Virus record (IMG/VR): IMGVR_UViG_3300032893_000009
Location: 1-64,000 of that record
From: a virus
Reading direction: 5' to 3' (one strand)
DNA length: 64,000 bases
The position numbers and the translations under genes were made by a program. This document shows, piece after piece, positions 17,660 through 26,915 of this stretch; the stretch's first letter is position 1, and each line of letters starts with the position of its first letter. Under the pieces are notes generated by a model. The model did not search any database, was not told the DNA's origin, and was given only the letters and a program-made list of their open reading frames with translations.

Positions 17660-18193
17660 ATGCCGGTGACCGCACAGATTACCGGAATCGACGCGCTGGT
17701 GGCCCAGTTCAAGGCGCTGCCGGATCGTGTCGATTCCGGTGTCAAGACGGTTGACGAACTCAACTACATCAAGGCGCTGGTCTGGGACCTCGGATATATT
17801 CATAGGGTCATCAAACCGGGGCCTAAAACCTTGTGGTCCGTTAACGTCTTTGGTGATGAGAAGGTCTTGACGATAACGGCCCCCACAGGGTTTATTCGCA
17901 TCAATCGCAACCGTTATCGAGCCGTGCTGCAGGACGAGTACACACGAGCTGATTTTGCCCACCACCCCATTTCCCAGTGGGGTGAATTGGCCGAAGCCAT
18001 GATGCGTAATGCTGCCCAGCGGTGTGCCGACATCATTTCGTCTTCCGCCCCCATTGACAGCAGCGAATTGCGTGGGAGTATCGTGGCTGCAGAGCCCGGT
18101 GACCCCGAACTTGGTGCTGGTGGTTTCTACACTTCTGGTCATGGGCCGTACGGAACATTTCAACTAGACATTGACACCTTTTTGCAGGGTTGA
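17660..18193 (+). CDS. HK97 gp10-like tail completion protein
   Basis: N-terminal I.GID.L and an APIDSSELRGSI motif (AP.D.G.LR.SI-like). Confidence 0.6.
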   Translation: MPVTAQITGIDALVAQFKALPDRVDSGVKTVDELNYIKALVWDLGYIHRVIKPGPKTLWSVNVFGDEKVLTITAPTGFIRINRNRYRAVLQDEYTRADFAHHPISQWGELAEAMMRNAAQRCADIISSSAPIDSSELRGSIVAAEPGDPELGAGGFYTSGHGPYGTFQLDIDTFLQG

Positions 18194-18230
18194 ATATGGG
18201 CGCATGTACTGTAGCAGTGTGGGGTAGCGT

Positions 18231-18698
18231 ATGGAGCTGAAGAAGGATTATCGCGGACGCGATCTGTCCCGGCAGAAGTTTTACCAGCATGATTTCTCGG
18301 GACAGGACCTGTCGAAGATGAAGCTGCGGCAGAGCCTGTTTCACCGCTGCAACTTCGACAACGCAGACCTCACCGAGGCTGATTGCGAGGGTTCGGAATT
18401 CTTCGGCAGCACCTTCCGCGACACGGTGATGTACCGGACCAACTGTAAGGATGCGAAACTGGCGAGTACCATATTCGAGCCCAAGGATTGTTTCGGCCTG
18501 ACGCTTACCATGCAGTGCAAGACATTCGACAAGATGAAGGTCAGCCCGATGTGGTGGTACGCTTGGCTCATGTTCGCCTCCCTGATGATCCCGGGGAACG
18601 TCAAGGAGTCGGAAGAGCTGCAGAACAGGCTGATACAGGCCGTGGGTGCCGAGCGGTATTTACGGCTTCGTACACTCTTAGCCAAGAGGGAACTCTGA
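18231..18698 (+). CDS. Pentapeptide repeat protein
   Basis: RDLSR-QKFYQ-HDFSG-QDLSK...CNFDN-ADLTE-ADCEG-SEFFG-STFRD 5-residue periodicity. Confidence 0.85.
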   Translation: MELKKDYRGRDLSRQKFYQHDFSGQDLSKMKLRQSLFHRCNFDNADLTEADCEGSEFFGSTFRDTVMYRTNCKDAKLASTIFEPKDCFGLTLTMQCKTFDKMKVSPMWWYAWLMFASLMIPGNVKESEELQNRLIQAVGAERYLRLRTLLAKREL

Positions 18699-18715
18699 AT
18701 CTATTATGATGATTT

Positions 18716-19573
18716 ATGGCATTTACTAGCCAAAGCAGTTCGGAATTGCAGCGTAGGCTCTGGAGCGATGCAGCCCACAGAGCATTGCGTATACAGGCTC
18801 TACGTGAGACTGCAGCGGCTACTAACCCGACTCCTAAGCCAAAGCAAAAACCTCCTGCTGGAATGTATTGGCGGCGGTTTGGTTTGACTGGGTGGGCCTT
18901 GAAGCCTATCGGATGGTCCCCGACGCAGGGGTGTAAATGGAGCGAAGAAACTAAACAAAAGCAGTCTTTGGGGAATATAGGCAAACACACCACTTTTAAG
19001 CGTACAGACGCAGCGAAACGAAAAATTGCAAGGGCTTCCCGGCGTGCTTGGCGCAACGCGGAATCTGCTAATAATAGAATGCTTAAAATGGCCGAGGCGC
19101 GGGAGCGGCCAGAAACGAAGGAACGCTTTTCGCAGGGGATAAAGAGGTCCTTCACCCCGGAACGTCGTGAACAGTATCGACGAATGCTCTGCGAATCTTA
19201 TGCTGTAGGGCAACGCACGCCGTCCAACGTACCACATCCGGGCTACCACGGTGAGCATGTAGCCACTCGTTTTGGGACGCTCTTCGCTTCCAGCAGCTGG
19301 GAGGCAGCTCGGCTTCGCTTTCTGGATAAGGATGCGTCAGTGGTGCGCTTGGAAAAGGAGCCTTTTGTTTGCCCATACAGCTTTGAGGGACGGCTTCGCA
19401 ACTACTTCCCTGACTTTCTTGTGGAGCGCGTGGATGGCTCTATTACAATCGAGGAGGTTAAGGGCTGGCGCGGCCCAGAGTGGGCAGCAAAGGAGCGTGC
19501 TGTCAAACGTCTGTGTAAACGTCGTGGATACACTTTCAGGCTGCTGGACTCGTTGGAGGTGTGTGTTCTATGA
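18716..19573 (+). CDS. NUMOD3-repeat + TnsA-like PD-(D/E)XK homing endonuclease
   Basis: SEETKQK repeats; SSWE...EPF...Y.PDFLV...IEEVKG; AT-richer than flanks. Confidence 0.85.
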   Translation: MAFTSQSSSELQRRLWSDAAHRALRIQALRETAAATNPTPKPKQKPPAGMYWRRFGLTGWALKPIGWSPTQGCKWSEETKQKQSLGNIGKHTTFKRTDAAKRKIARASRRAWRNAESANNRMLKMAEARERPETKERFSQGIKRSFTPERREQYRRMLCESYAVGQRTPSNVPHPGYHGEHVATRFGTLFASSSWEAARLRFLDKDASVVRLEKEPFVCPYSFEGRLRNYFPDFLVERVDGSITIEEVKGWRGPEWAAKERAVKRLCKRRGYTFRLLDSLEVCVL

Positions 19574-20136
19574 GTGTACCCGTTTATCCGAGTTTTGTAG
19601 ACGTCACCGATACGTTCTACAACTATGTCTCCCAGAAGCTCGCAGCGCAGACCATTCCCACCAGCGTGCCGGTGAAGATGATGGGCCTTATCAATGCGGC
19701 GGACTGGCCGCAGGCCGAGGTGGTGGAGGGCGGCATCTACCTGCTCTATCTCACCTCCGTGCCCATCGAAGAAGACGGCTCCCGCGCCCAGACCTACTAC
19801 GAGCACTACATGCAGTGGGCGTGGCTGTTTCTGGGCAACGATCTCACCTCCGGGCAGGTGGGGCGCATCCGGGGCAGCCGTCACCGCGACGACATGGCAG
19901 TGGTCGAGGCCATGCGGCAGGCACACTTCCCCGGCTTTTGTTCCAAGCAGTTTTCAACCTGCGATCCCGGCACCGGAGTGGTCACCTTCGCACCATACAA
20001 TCCGCAGGAGATGATTCACTGGTCGTTCCCCCGGCTGGGCACCAAGATTGCGTCGGCGCAGAGCGGCGTATTGTACGGCACTGCACCCTTGGAAGTATAT
20101 GCGTGGAGCACCGTCAATCCGGTGGTGAACCCATGA
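19570..20136 (+). CDS. Putative tail terminator
   Basis: Size and position immediately before the tail tube gene. Confidence 0.5.
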   Translation: MSVPVYPSFVDVTDTFYNYVSQKLAAQTIPTSVPVKMMGLINAADWPQAEVVEGGIYLLYLTSVPIEEDGSRAQTYYEHYMQWAWLFLGNDLTSGQVGRIRGSRHRDDMAVVEAMRQAHFPGFCSKQFSTCDPGTGVVTFAPYNPQEMIHWSFPRLGTKIASAQSGVLYGTAPLEVYAWSTVNPVVNP

Positions 20137-20153
20137 GCCAGCTTGCTGTTGAG
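20136..20153 (+). promoter_or_regulatory. Motif AGCTTGCTGTTG (copy 3)
   Basis: agccagcttgctgttgag is identical to 2923-2940 and lies upstream of the tail tube gene. Confidence 0.55.
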
Positions 20154-20235
20154 GCACTATATTGCGATTGGTACGCTTAGCTTGGGTTAGAGTGTACTTG
20201 TGTTTACTACCGCGATTTGAGCAAAGGAGTGCGAC

Positions 20236-21363
20236 ATGCCTCTACCACGTTCCCTTACCCAGACGTTGCGCCAAGGCCAACTGACAGTCGGCGCTGGCTG
20301 GCGCGCTTACTTCGCTCCCTTCAACCAAGCGCTGGCCGTAAGCACCAGTTCGACGTTGAGCGGGCCGAGCATCTATGATCTTCAGGTGTTCCAGAAACTT
20401 CTGGACGCCAACTTCCAGCCTATAAGCGGGCAGCCGTGGACCGATCTGGGATTCGCTGAAAACTTCAAGTTCACCGCCGGTTCCAAGGTGGGCAACGTGG
20501 TTGCCGGTTATCGTGGAGCGGTGCGCGCCAAGTACCGCGCCGAGGTGGGGGAGAAGATCACCTTCGACTTCCACGAAGCGTCGCGCATGAGCTTGAGCAT
20601 TTCCACCGGCATGCAGGTGTTCAACCTGCTGGCCACCACAGTTACGGCAGGCAGCACCACCGGCCCGCTCTCCACTTCCGGCACTCCGGCCATCGCCATC
20701 GGGGCCAGCGGCTACTCGGCCACCGGCTTTGCGGGCGTCACCTCCGGGTACCCGGCGCTGTGCGTTCCCTCAGGCAGCGGTGCGCTGTTCCCGGCAGGCT
20801 CCATGATCGTTTGCGATCAGGACTACAACGGCACCTCCTTCGGATTCGTGGGCGCAGCCGGTGCCAACGTCTTCCAGAACGCGGTCAGCAGCGTGGACTT
20901 CATTCGCATGACGTCCGACTTTGTGGCGGGCGTGTCCGGCGTGTTCACCGGAGCCAATCAGGTCGGCGGGCAGGACGTGCTGGTGCTGACGGCCCCGTTC
21001 GTGGGCGGCGGCAACTATGCGCTGGGTTCCGGCGTGCCCTATCAGGTGCCTCCCAGCAACGCCAAGGTGCAGGCCATCAACGGCTACGCGGCCCGCGAAG
21101 GCGGCACCTTCATCAAGGAGTGGAGCGCGGTGTTCGTGCTCGACACCGTGGACAGCTCGCAGTTCCTGAAGTATTACCCGCGTGTGGCCCCCGATACCAA
21201 CCCGGGCCTGATGGGTAAGAACCTGCAGAACGCCACCAGCCTGCAGCAGTACAGCCTGAGCTGTGCGCTGGAGGCCATGGCCTTCGACGACCCGCTGGAT
21301 GGCGAGACGGTGGTGAGCTACACTGCCTACTTCCCGCACAGCGGTACGACGCCGCAGATTTAA
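20236..21363 (+). CDS. Major tail tube protein
   Basis: Strong RBS, WTDLGF..NFKF motif, followed by a terminator, chaperones and the tape measure gene. Confidence 0.75.
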   Translation: MPLPRSLTQTLRQGQLTVGAGWRAYFAPFNQALAVSTSSTLSGPSIYDLQVFQKLLDANFQPISGQPWTDLGFAENFKFTAGSKVGNVVAGYRGAVRAKYRAEVGEKITFDFHEASRMSLSISTGMQVFNLLATTVTAGSTTGPLSTSGTPAIAIGASGYSATGFAGVTSGYPALCVPSGSGALFPAGSMIVCDQDYNGTSFGFVGAAGANVFQNAVSSVDFIRMTSDFVAGVSGVFTGANQVGGQDVLVLTAPFVGGGNYALGSGVPYQVPPSNAKVQAINGYAAREGGTFIKEWSAVFVLDTVDSSQFLKYYPRVAPDTNPGLMGKNLQNATSLQQYSLSCALEAMAFDDPLDGETVVSYTAYFPHSGTTPQI

Positions 21364-21385
21364 GCGGTGGAGAAGTCTCGGAAAT

Positions 21386-21418
21386 GGGGTCCGGTGGGGT
21401 GCCGGACCCCGATTTTTT
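21386..21418 (+). terminator. Rho-independent terminator
   Basis: ggggtccggt...gccggacccc stem then gatttttt. Confidence 0.8.
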
Positions 21419-21453
21419 AGCTGGGTAACGACTATTGAGTTGAGGAGACTTGT

Positions 21454-22155
21454 ATGGACGAGCAGAAGGAATTTATTCCCACCCGCGAGCAGGTGGAGGC
21501 GGCCATCAACGCCGACGAGCCTGACGAAGCCCTTTCCGTATTAACAACCGAAGAAGAGAAGCGCATCGGCGCGAAGCTCATTCCCGCTCTGGCGGCGCGC
21601 ATCAACGCCAAGTGCGAGGCTGATGCTGCGCGCAAGCTGGCCCAGCAGACACAGGAGCTGATCAGCCAGAACGAGCGCATGATGAAAGACGAGATGGAGA
21701 AGCTGCGCGCCTCCATCAAGCCGCCCGATCCCAAGGAGCTGGAGCAACTGTTGTCACAGGAGTACGGAGAAGTGGTGATCGAGCTTCCCCTGCGTGCTGG
21801 CAAGCAGACGTTCACACTGCGTGAGCTGCCGCAGGCCTGCGAGAAGAAAATGCTGGACATCATCGCCAAGCGCATCGTTCCCCAGCTTAAGGAACTGGCA
21901 GCGCAGGACTGGGCGGGCATGGCCTCCAATGCCGCCAAGCTGCAAAAGGTGATCGACATCCTTCCCGAGGGCATGGACATGATGGCGGAGTGCTGCGCCA
22001 TCTGTCTGGACCCGTTCAACAGCGACGGCATCGATCAGGAGTGGGTGCAGAAAAACATCGGCTCCAATCGCATTCTGGGCATTATCCGGGCGCAGCTTGA
22101 GGTATCGAAGATTCGGGATTTCGGCTCGGCTGTCTACCAGCTATTGCCGCGCTAG
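21454..22155 (+). CDS. Tail assembly chaperone (G-like)
   Basis: Helical acidic protein between the tube and tape measure genes. Confidence 0.7.
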   Translation: MDEQKEFIPTREQVEAAINADEPDEALSVLTTEEEKRIGAKLIPALAARINAKCEADAARKLAQQTQELISQNERMMKDEMEKLRASIKPPDPKELEQLLSQEYGEVVIELPLRAGKQTFTLRELPQACEKKMLDIIAKRIVPQLKELAAQDWAGMASNAAKLQKVIDILPEGMDMMAECCAICLDPFNSDGIDQEWVQKNIGSNRILGIIRAQLEVSKIRDFGSAVYQLLPR

Positions 22156-22550
22156 AAGACGACGGCGTAGGCAGAAGCGCACTTCCAACGGTAGCAGCGG
22201 CAGCATCGTGGATGGAGGCGCTGGCAATGCCGCTGCACGAGATTCGCCAGCGGTTCACCAAGTCGGACATGGCGGTGATGGCGTGGCGCGCCACGGAGAT
22301 GGCGGCGAATATGCGTGATAGAACTTTACCCAGCGCCCGTCTGCCTGAGAAACTGGATGGCGGGAGCTACAACTTCATGGAGAACGTGGACCATGATGAG
22401 ATGCTGAAGCGGATCGAGGAGCGGCTAGGCCCCATCGTCTGGAAGATGACCGATGAGCGGGGTGAAATTGATCTCAGAAAGCTGACCGGGGATGAGGCGC
22501 TGACCTACATGCAGACGCTGGGCATCCCGGTGGTTAAGATGGGACGGTGA
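22119..22550 (+). CDS. Tail assembly chaperone extension (T-like), probably via -1 frameshift
   Basis: The -1 frame is open from 22101, there is a G_GAT_TTC site at 22116-22122, and ATG 22212 has no clear RBS. Confidence 0.6.
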   Translation, partial: FRLGCLPAIAALEDDGVGRSALPTVAAAASWMEALAMPLHEIRQRFTKSDMAVMAWRATEMAANMRDRTLPSARLPEKLDGGSYNFMENVDHDEMLKRIEERLGPIVWKMTDERGEIDLRKLTGDEALTYMQTLGIPVVKMGR

Positions 22551-22551
22551 C

Positions 22552-25500
22552 ATGCCGGATACCGGATCAACTCTGCTGATGGCGCTGGGCCTCGATCTAG
22601 GCCCCTTCAAGGCTGCCGCCGAGACGATCAGGATCACCCTCGAAAATCTCAACAACATTGCCAAGCAGGTGGAGACGGTCGCGGTGAAGGACGCCGGGGC
22701 CGTTTCTGTTGCCATGGGTGAAATCCAGACCAAGGCCGAGGCCGCCGTGGCTGCCGCTATCGCGGGCTCGGAAGCTGAGAAGGGCCGCACCGCCGCGGTC
22801 GCCGCCACCGGGGCCGAGATGTCCTCCCAGATCGGCACCCAGGAGGGTCTGCTGCTGGGGGCCAAGGGGCTGACCGCCGAAGAGGAGCGGCGGCTGGCGC
22901 TGGCCAAGCTGCAGACCGCCGAGCTGCGCCAGCAACTGCTCGCCCAGCGTGCTGCCACAGGCGTGGGGCATGCCGGGGTCGAGGAGAACATCGCTGGTGG
23001 CCTGCTGGGCAATGTCACCAAGGGCATCTTGGGCGAGGGCACGGCTGGACGTATTGCCGGTGGCCTGCTGGCCGGTGCGGGTATCGCTTCAGCAATCCTG
23101 TTGGCCGGTGATGCGCTGCAGGGCTTCCTGAATCACCTCCGCGAGGTGACTGTAGAAGCGGGCAAGCTGACGGTGCTCGAAGAGGTGTTCAAGAATCTGG
23201 CAGCGCAGCGCGGCATAACCGATTCGGCGGCTTTCATGGACAAGCTGCGTGAAGCCACCCACGGCCTCGTTGGTGACATGCAGCTGTTGCAGAATGCCAA
23301 CGTGATGCTCCGCTCGCACACCAAGCTGACACAGGATCAGATGGTGCAGATGACAGCCGACGTGACCAAGCTCTCCATCGCTGCCGGTCACGATGCCACA
23401 CAGAGCATCAACATGATGGCCCGTGGACTGGAGCGCGGCAACCTCGCTTTCCTGTCTGCGACATTGGCCATTCCGGGCCTGCGTGAGGCTGTACGTTCGT
23501 TGGCACCGGGGTTGAGCACTGCCGCCCGCGAAGCGGCGCTGCTGCGTATTCAGATGGAGATGATACAGGCACAGGCGCGTAAAACCCCGGAACTCGCTGT
23601 GACGCTCGGCCAAGAACTGGCCAGATTGAAGAATGCTTGGTCGCGCGTGGAGGAGTCTTTCGGCAAGGGGATCAATGAATCTCCGGGGATGAAGGCCTTC
23701 ATAGCCAGTGTGGACAACATCATCGAGCGCCTTGGCGGAGCACAGGCTGCAGCCTACAAGTTCGGCGCTGCAGTAGGCGATGCATTTGCCAAAGTAGGAA
23801 CGGTTATCGAATTTGTGGTGACGCACTTCAATGCTCTGGTCAAAGCCTTGGAGCTTGCTGCGGAATTTTTCATCGCTGCGAAGATCGTGAAGTACGGTGA
23901 AGCGCTGTTTCTGATGGCTGGAAAAGCGGATATGGCAGCACTGGCTGTGGGCAGGCTCAAGGTTGCCCTTGTTGGATTGAATGCCGTTGCCCCGGAGTTA
24001 CTGGCAATTGCCGGTCTCGTGATGCTCTGGCATGGTGCCACCGGCATGGCGGACGAGATACAGCGTCAACGTGACGCGCAGCGTGCAGCACGTAAGCCTG
24101 CGCTGCCTACCCAGCATATAAACATGGGTGCGCTGATTCCAGAACAGACGGAGGAGGAACCGCCCGACGAGCGTGAAGCTCTGCGCCGTCAGCTGGCTTT
24201 GATGCAGGAGAGGATCGCACAGGCCAAGGAGGAGTTGACCCAGAAGCGTGATCACATCCAGCAGATGAAGGCGCTGGACGATGAGGCCTACCAGTACCAG
24301 CACGAGTCTCTGGCTCAGCATCTGGCTCAGCAGCGCACGCTGATAGGGCAGGAATACGAGGCCGAGATTGCAGAGGCCAGAACTGCACACGATCAGCAGA
24401 GGCAGCTTGTTGAGAAGCAGTACGCCGGGGATGCCGACGTGCTTAAAGCCAAGCTCGCCACGCTCGATGCCGAGCTGGCTACCAAGTTGGAGCAGGCCAA
24501 GAACAAGTTTCAGATGTCCTCTATCAAGTTTCAGGACGAGTGGCTTAAAGATCAGATGGAGGCCCAGCAGCGGGCCATTGAAGGAGCGCTCAAGACCCAG
24601 ACCGATGCACTGGCCCGGGCGCAGAAGGAGGCGCAGACCGCTTTCCAGCAGGGTGCCACCAGTCCTGATGAGTATCTGGATCAGCAGCTCTCCATCATCA
24701 GGCAGCTGGCAGACGCCAAGATCGACGCTGCCAATAGAGAATTTAGAAACGGTGTGGATAACGACGCCACGCGGGAGGCGCGGGTCAACAAGATCAACGC
24801 CGCCATCGACGAAGCGCAGTCCAAGATCGAGCAGATTGAGGGACAGGAAGCGCAGATGCGCATTCAGGCTGTGGAGCGCCAGTTTGCCCCGCAGCAGAAG
24901 CTGATCGAGTCCGCCATCGGCGCGTTGCAACCCGGTCAGAGTCCCGTCCAGTATCAGCAACAGATGGCGGCCCTGCTGCAGCAGGAGCGCGAAGCCCTCG
25001 ACGCCCAGCTTAGCGCGCTGCCCCAGCTGTCCGACCAGTGGTTCCAAGTGCTGGACAAGATTTCGCAGGTCTACCAGACCCAGCAGAAGTACAACGACGA
25101 GCTGCGCAAGTCGCAGGACCTGCTGCAGCCCATTGCCGACGGTCTGAGCAGCATCACCAAGCTCCTCGGCACGGTATGGACCTCGCACTTCGTCAAGGGT
25201 CTGGTGGGCAGCATGGAGGGCGGCATCGCTGCCATCAAGGGTGCGACGCAGGCGGGCGAGACCATCAAGACCGCGTTCACCGGGAAGACCGCCGTGCCCG
25301 AAGACCCGGCGCTGGCCGCATTTCATACCAGCCTGAACGCCGCAAAGCCAGCTGTAGATACTACCACTGTGGCGCTGGGCGGTTTCAAAACCATGTTGAT
25401 GCAGACCGTAGAGGTTTTACAGACCGCCCGGGACAAGCTGGCGGGTGAAACATCTTCGTCGAAGCGCCAGCCGGACGCCGCCACCGTTACAACTGCCGTG

Positions 25501-26904
25501 GCCGCTGCGAACAGCCCGGGACTCGGTGCTGTGATGTCGCAGATAGCAGGACGAGTTGGGATCAGCGCCAGTGGCCCGGTGGCGCAGGAGCAAAAACCGG
25601 CCAGCAATTGGGGCAACGGGAGCATGGACGAAAAGGTGCAGTCGTTCGCCACCGCTCTGACTGCGGCTATCGGGGAGCTGACCAACTTCGCCGACTCCCT
25701 GACCAAGGCCAGTTCGGCGGCGGCGGGGGCCTTGGGAGGGGGCACCGCCGGGTACGGCGTGGGGCAGATGGCCAACAACGTGATGTCCGCCCAACCGTTC
25801 TCGAACATGCTGGGCGGCATGGTGGGCAGCGCATCTACTTTCATGCCCTTCGTGGGAGCGGCGGCGGGCATGATCACCGGCATCATCTCCGGGCAGAAGA
25901 ACGCGGAGATGTCCAGCGAGCTGAGCGAGCTGAATTCGCAATACACCTCGATCATGGACGCCTTCCACTCCAACACCGACAATCTGCAGGAGGCCATCAT
26001 CCAGATGCAGGAACTGATTGCCGAGGCGCAGGTGGACGAGGCCAATTCCAAGAAGGGCGGCAGCGCCTTCGCATCACTGATCTCGCAGTACAGCCAGCAG
26101 CTCATCCAGCTGCAGGATCAGCAGAAATCAATCATCTCCAATATGGAGGTGCAGCTGGCCATCTTCTCGACGCCCAGCGGCATGCAGCAGTTCCTGACCA
26201 ACCTGCAGAACATCATCGAGCAGTATGACAAGTTCTACGGCGCGGCGCAGAACGCCAAGCAGCTTGCGGATGCCAACAGCTGGCTGACGGAAAGCCTCAG
26301 CTCCTACACCACCCAGATGGAGAACACCTTCGTGCAGGACGAGGAGCAGGGCATTCAGGACGCGCTGAACCTGAACAGCCTGCTCAGCGAACGCAGCACC
26401 CTGATCTCCAATCTCAACAACTCGATTATGAACGTGCTAGAGCAGGGCGTGCTCACCCGGCAGCAGACGCAGGCGCAGAAGAAGGGGCAGCAGATCGAGC
26501 AGCTGGAGTCGCAGGCCAGCCTGCAGCTGACCTCGATCAACAACGAGATTTCGCTGGAGCAGTACAAGGTGGCCATCGAGACCAGTCTGTACAATCTGGC
26601 CATGACGTCGATGGGGTTGCAGGCCCAGCTGCTGAGCCTGCAGGAGGGGCAGGCGTCGCAGTCGCTGGCGGCCATCGCCGCATTGCAGCAGCTCATCGCC
26701 GCGCTGCAGGGCGGCAGCTACAACCTCACCAGCCTCTCCGGCATCCTCTCGCTGCTGGGTTACGGCGGCGCGGCGGGCAACATTCCGCCCAGCGGGACAA
26801 CCAATCCGACCGCCAGCGCTGCAGGTCTGGACGCGCTGGCCGCAGCCGCCTACCAGTCGCGGGCCACACTGGGTTATGGCGCTTTCCGTGGCGTCAATCT
26901 GTGA
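22552..26904 (+). CDS. Tape measure protein
   Basis: 1450 aa, A/Q/L-rich helical protein with hydrophobic segments, follows the chaperones. Confidence 0.9.
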   Translation: MPDTGSTLLMALGLDLGPFKAAAETIRITLENLNNIAKQVETVAVKDAGAVSVAMGEIQTKAEAAVAAAIAGSEAEKGRTAAVAATGAEMSSQIGTQEGLLLGAKGLTAEEERRLALAKLQTAELRQQLLAQRAATGVGHAGVEENIAGGLLGNVTKGILGEGTAGRIAGGLLAGAGIASAILLAGDALQGFLNHLREVTVEAGKLTVLEEVFKNLAAQRGITDSAAFMDKLREATHGLVGDMQLLQNANVMLRSHTKLTQDQMVQMTADVTKLSIAAGHDATQSINMMARGLERGNLAFLSATLAIPGLREAVRSLAPGLSTAAREAALLRIQMEMIQAQARKTPELAVTLGQELARLKNAWSRVEESFGKGINESPGMKAFIASVDNIIERLGGAQAAAYKFGAAVGDAFAKVGTVIEFVVTHFNALVKALELAAEFFIAAKIVKYGEALFLMAGKADMAALAVGRLKVALVGLNAVAPELLAIAGLVMLWHGATGMADEIQRQRDAQRAARKPALPTQHINMGALIPEQTEEEPPDEREALRRQLALMQERIAQAKEELTQKRDHIQQMKALDDEAYQYQHESLAQHLAQQRTLIGQEYEAEIAEARTAHDQQRQLVEKQYAGDADVLKAKLATLDAELATKLEQAKNKFQMSSIKFQDEWLKDQMEAQQRAIEGALKTQTDALARAQKEAQTAFQQGATSPDEYLDQQLSIIRQLADAKIDAANREFRNGVDNDATREARVNKINAAIDEAQSKIEQIEGQEAQMRIQAVERQFAPQQKLIESAIGALQPGQSPVQYQQQMAALLQQEREALDAQLSALPQLSDQWFQVLDKISQVYQTQQKYNDELRKSQDLLQPIADGLSSITKLLGTVWTSHFVKGLVGSMEGGIAAIKGATQAGETIKTAFTGKTAVPEDPALAAFHTSLNAAKPAVDTTTVALGGFKTMLMQTVEVLQTARDKLAGETSSSKRQPDAATVTTAVAAANSPGLGAVMSQIAGRVGISASGPVAQEQKPASNWGNGSMDEKVQSFATALTAAIGELTNFADSLTKASSAAAGALGGGTAGYGVGQMANNVMSAQPFSNMLGGMVGSASTFMPFVGAAAGMITGIISGQKNAEMSSELSELNSQYTSIMDAFHSNTDNLQEAIIQMQELIAEAQVDEANSKKGGSAFASLISQYSQQLIQLQDQQKSIISNMEVQLAIFSTPSGMQQFLTNLQNIIEQYDKFYGAAQNAKQLADANSWLTESLSSYTTQMENTFVQDEEQGIQDALNLNSLLSERSTLISNLNNSIMNVLEQGVLTRQQTQAQKKGQQIEQLESQASLQLTSINNEISLEQYKVAIETSLYNLAMTSMGLQAQLLSLQEGQASQSLAAIAALQQLIAALQGGSYNLTSLSGILSLLGYGGAAGNIPPSGTTNPTASAAGLDALAAAAYQSRATLGYGAFRGVNL

Positions 26905-26915
26905 TGGGGTGAACG

